A stretch of DNA of 5,972 nucleotides from an uncultured archaeon (lineage in GTDB: Archaea; Iainarchaeota; Iainarchaeia; Iainarchaeales; 0-14-0-20-30-16), in contig CAZQQS010000009.1 in assembly GCA_964595665.1 (NCBI GenBank), positions 14,197 through 20,168 on the forward strand. Direction: 5' to 3'. Shown piece by piece: positions 5,865-5,972 of the stretch (positions within the stretch are counted from its first letter, which is position 1; every line of letters begins with the position of its first letter). The translations under genes were made by a program, and so were the position numbers. The notes under the pieces were generated by a model, which searched no databases, was not told the DNA's origin, and saw only the letters and a program-made list of their open reading frames with translations.

Positions 5865-5903
5865 CCTTTTTTTAAAAGGGCTCGTTCGAATCCCTTTTCC
5901 ACA
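5865..5903 (+). pseudogene. Truncated tRNA-Ser locus copy: leader-like sequence fused to the T-loop and 3' acceptor portion.
   Basis: 5865-5886 matches the 22 nt immediately upstream of tRNA-Ser (5694-5715) at 19/22. 5884-5900 is identical to tRNA-Ser 5778-5794 (GTTCGAATCCCTTTTCC, 17/17). No D arm or anticodon arm is present. It folds as AAAAGGG/CCCTTTT with an 11-nt loop and is followed by T6 (5904-5909). Confidence 0.45.
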
Positions 5904-5917
5904 TTTTTTCTTGATGA

Positions 5918-5972
5918 GGGGCCGTGGTGTAGCCTGGTCTAGCATTTAAGCTTTGGGAGCTTACGACTCCGG
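5918..5972 (+). tRNA. tRNA-Pro (anticodon UGG), 3' part cut off by the window end.
   Basis: GGGGCCG acceptor 5' strand, UG, D arm GTGT-AGCCTGGTCTA-GCAT, anticodon stem TAAGC/GCTTA with loop UU-UGG-GA, 5-nt variable loop CGACT, and the T stem starting CCGG at the window edge. The AGCCTGGTC D-loop is typical of archaeal tRNAs. Confidence 0.85.

Noticed and set aside
5778-5900. The 17-nt direct repeat of the tRNA 3' end as attL/attR of an integrated mobile element.
   Set aside because: The repeats are only about 106 nt apart and enclose no ORF, and no integrase is present in the window. At most this is a scar, so it is reported as a tRNA relic instead.
5842-5903. Split-tRNA 3' half or intron-containing tRNA (GTGGA 5842-5846 pairs with TCCAC 5898-5902 and encloses two hairpins).
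   Set aside because: There is no 7-nt anticodon loop with U33, no D arm, the T-like hairpin has an 11-nt loop, and the acceptor pairing is only 5 bp. A truncated tRNA-Ser copy explains it better.
5722-5949. 75-aa plus-strand ORF from the track.
   Set aside because: It reads straight through tRNA-Ser, the spacer hairpins and tRNA-Pro, so it is an artefact of GC-richer RNA genes lacking stops.
1-5972. CRISPR arrays, transposases, toxin-antitoxin pairs or other recognisable defence or mobile modules.
   Set aside because: There are no regularly spaced direct repeats and no ORFs with the corresponding motifs. The gene content looks like housekeeping genes plus one orphan.

Overview
Strongly AT-rich prokaryotic window whose RNA genes look archaeal. 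It carries a canonical double-guide C/D box sRNA and archaeal-style tRNAs with no encoded CCA. My inference is a small-genome, DPANN-like or similarly AT-rich archaeon. Layout: (1) a 937-aa orphan ORF on + (22-2835), Asn- and Cys-rich, possibly extending upstream of the window. (2) A 9-bp hairpin fills the 20-nt gap to the convergent genes. (3) On the minus strand sits a two-gene unit: class II lysyl-tRNA synthetase (3262-4788), overlapping by 17-26 nt a short, degenerate FKBP/SlyD-like protein (2856-3278 or 3287). (4) A 176-aa minus-strand ORF (4902-5432) has a very basic N-terminus and a GNAT-like C-terminal half. (5) A relatively GC-rich RNA island on + (5481-5972) holds an unannotated C/D box sRNA, tRNA-Ser(UGA), two near-perfect hairpins, a truncated copy of the tRNA-Ser locus, and the 5' part of tRNA-Pro(UGG), cut by the window end. 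No CRISPR array, transposase, integrase or recognisable defence gene is visible. The points most worth follow-up are the sRNA/tRNA island and the large orphan protein. The ORF-track entries 5455-5775(-) and 5722-5949(+) are artefacts of reading through the RNA genes.
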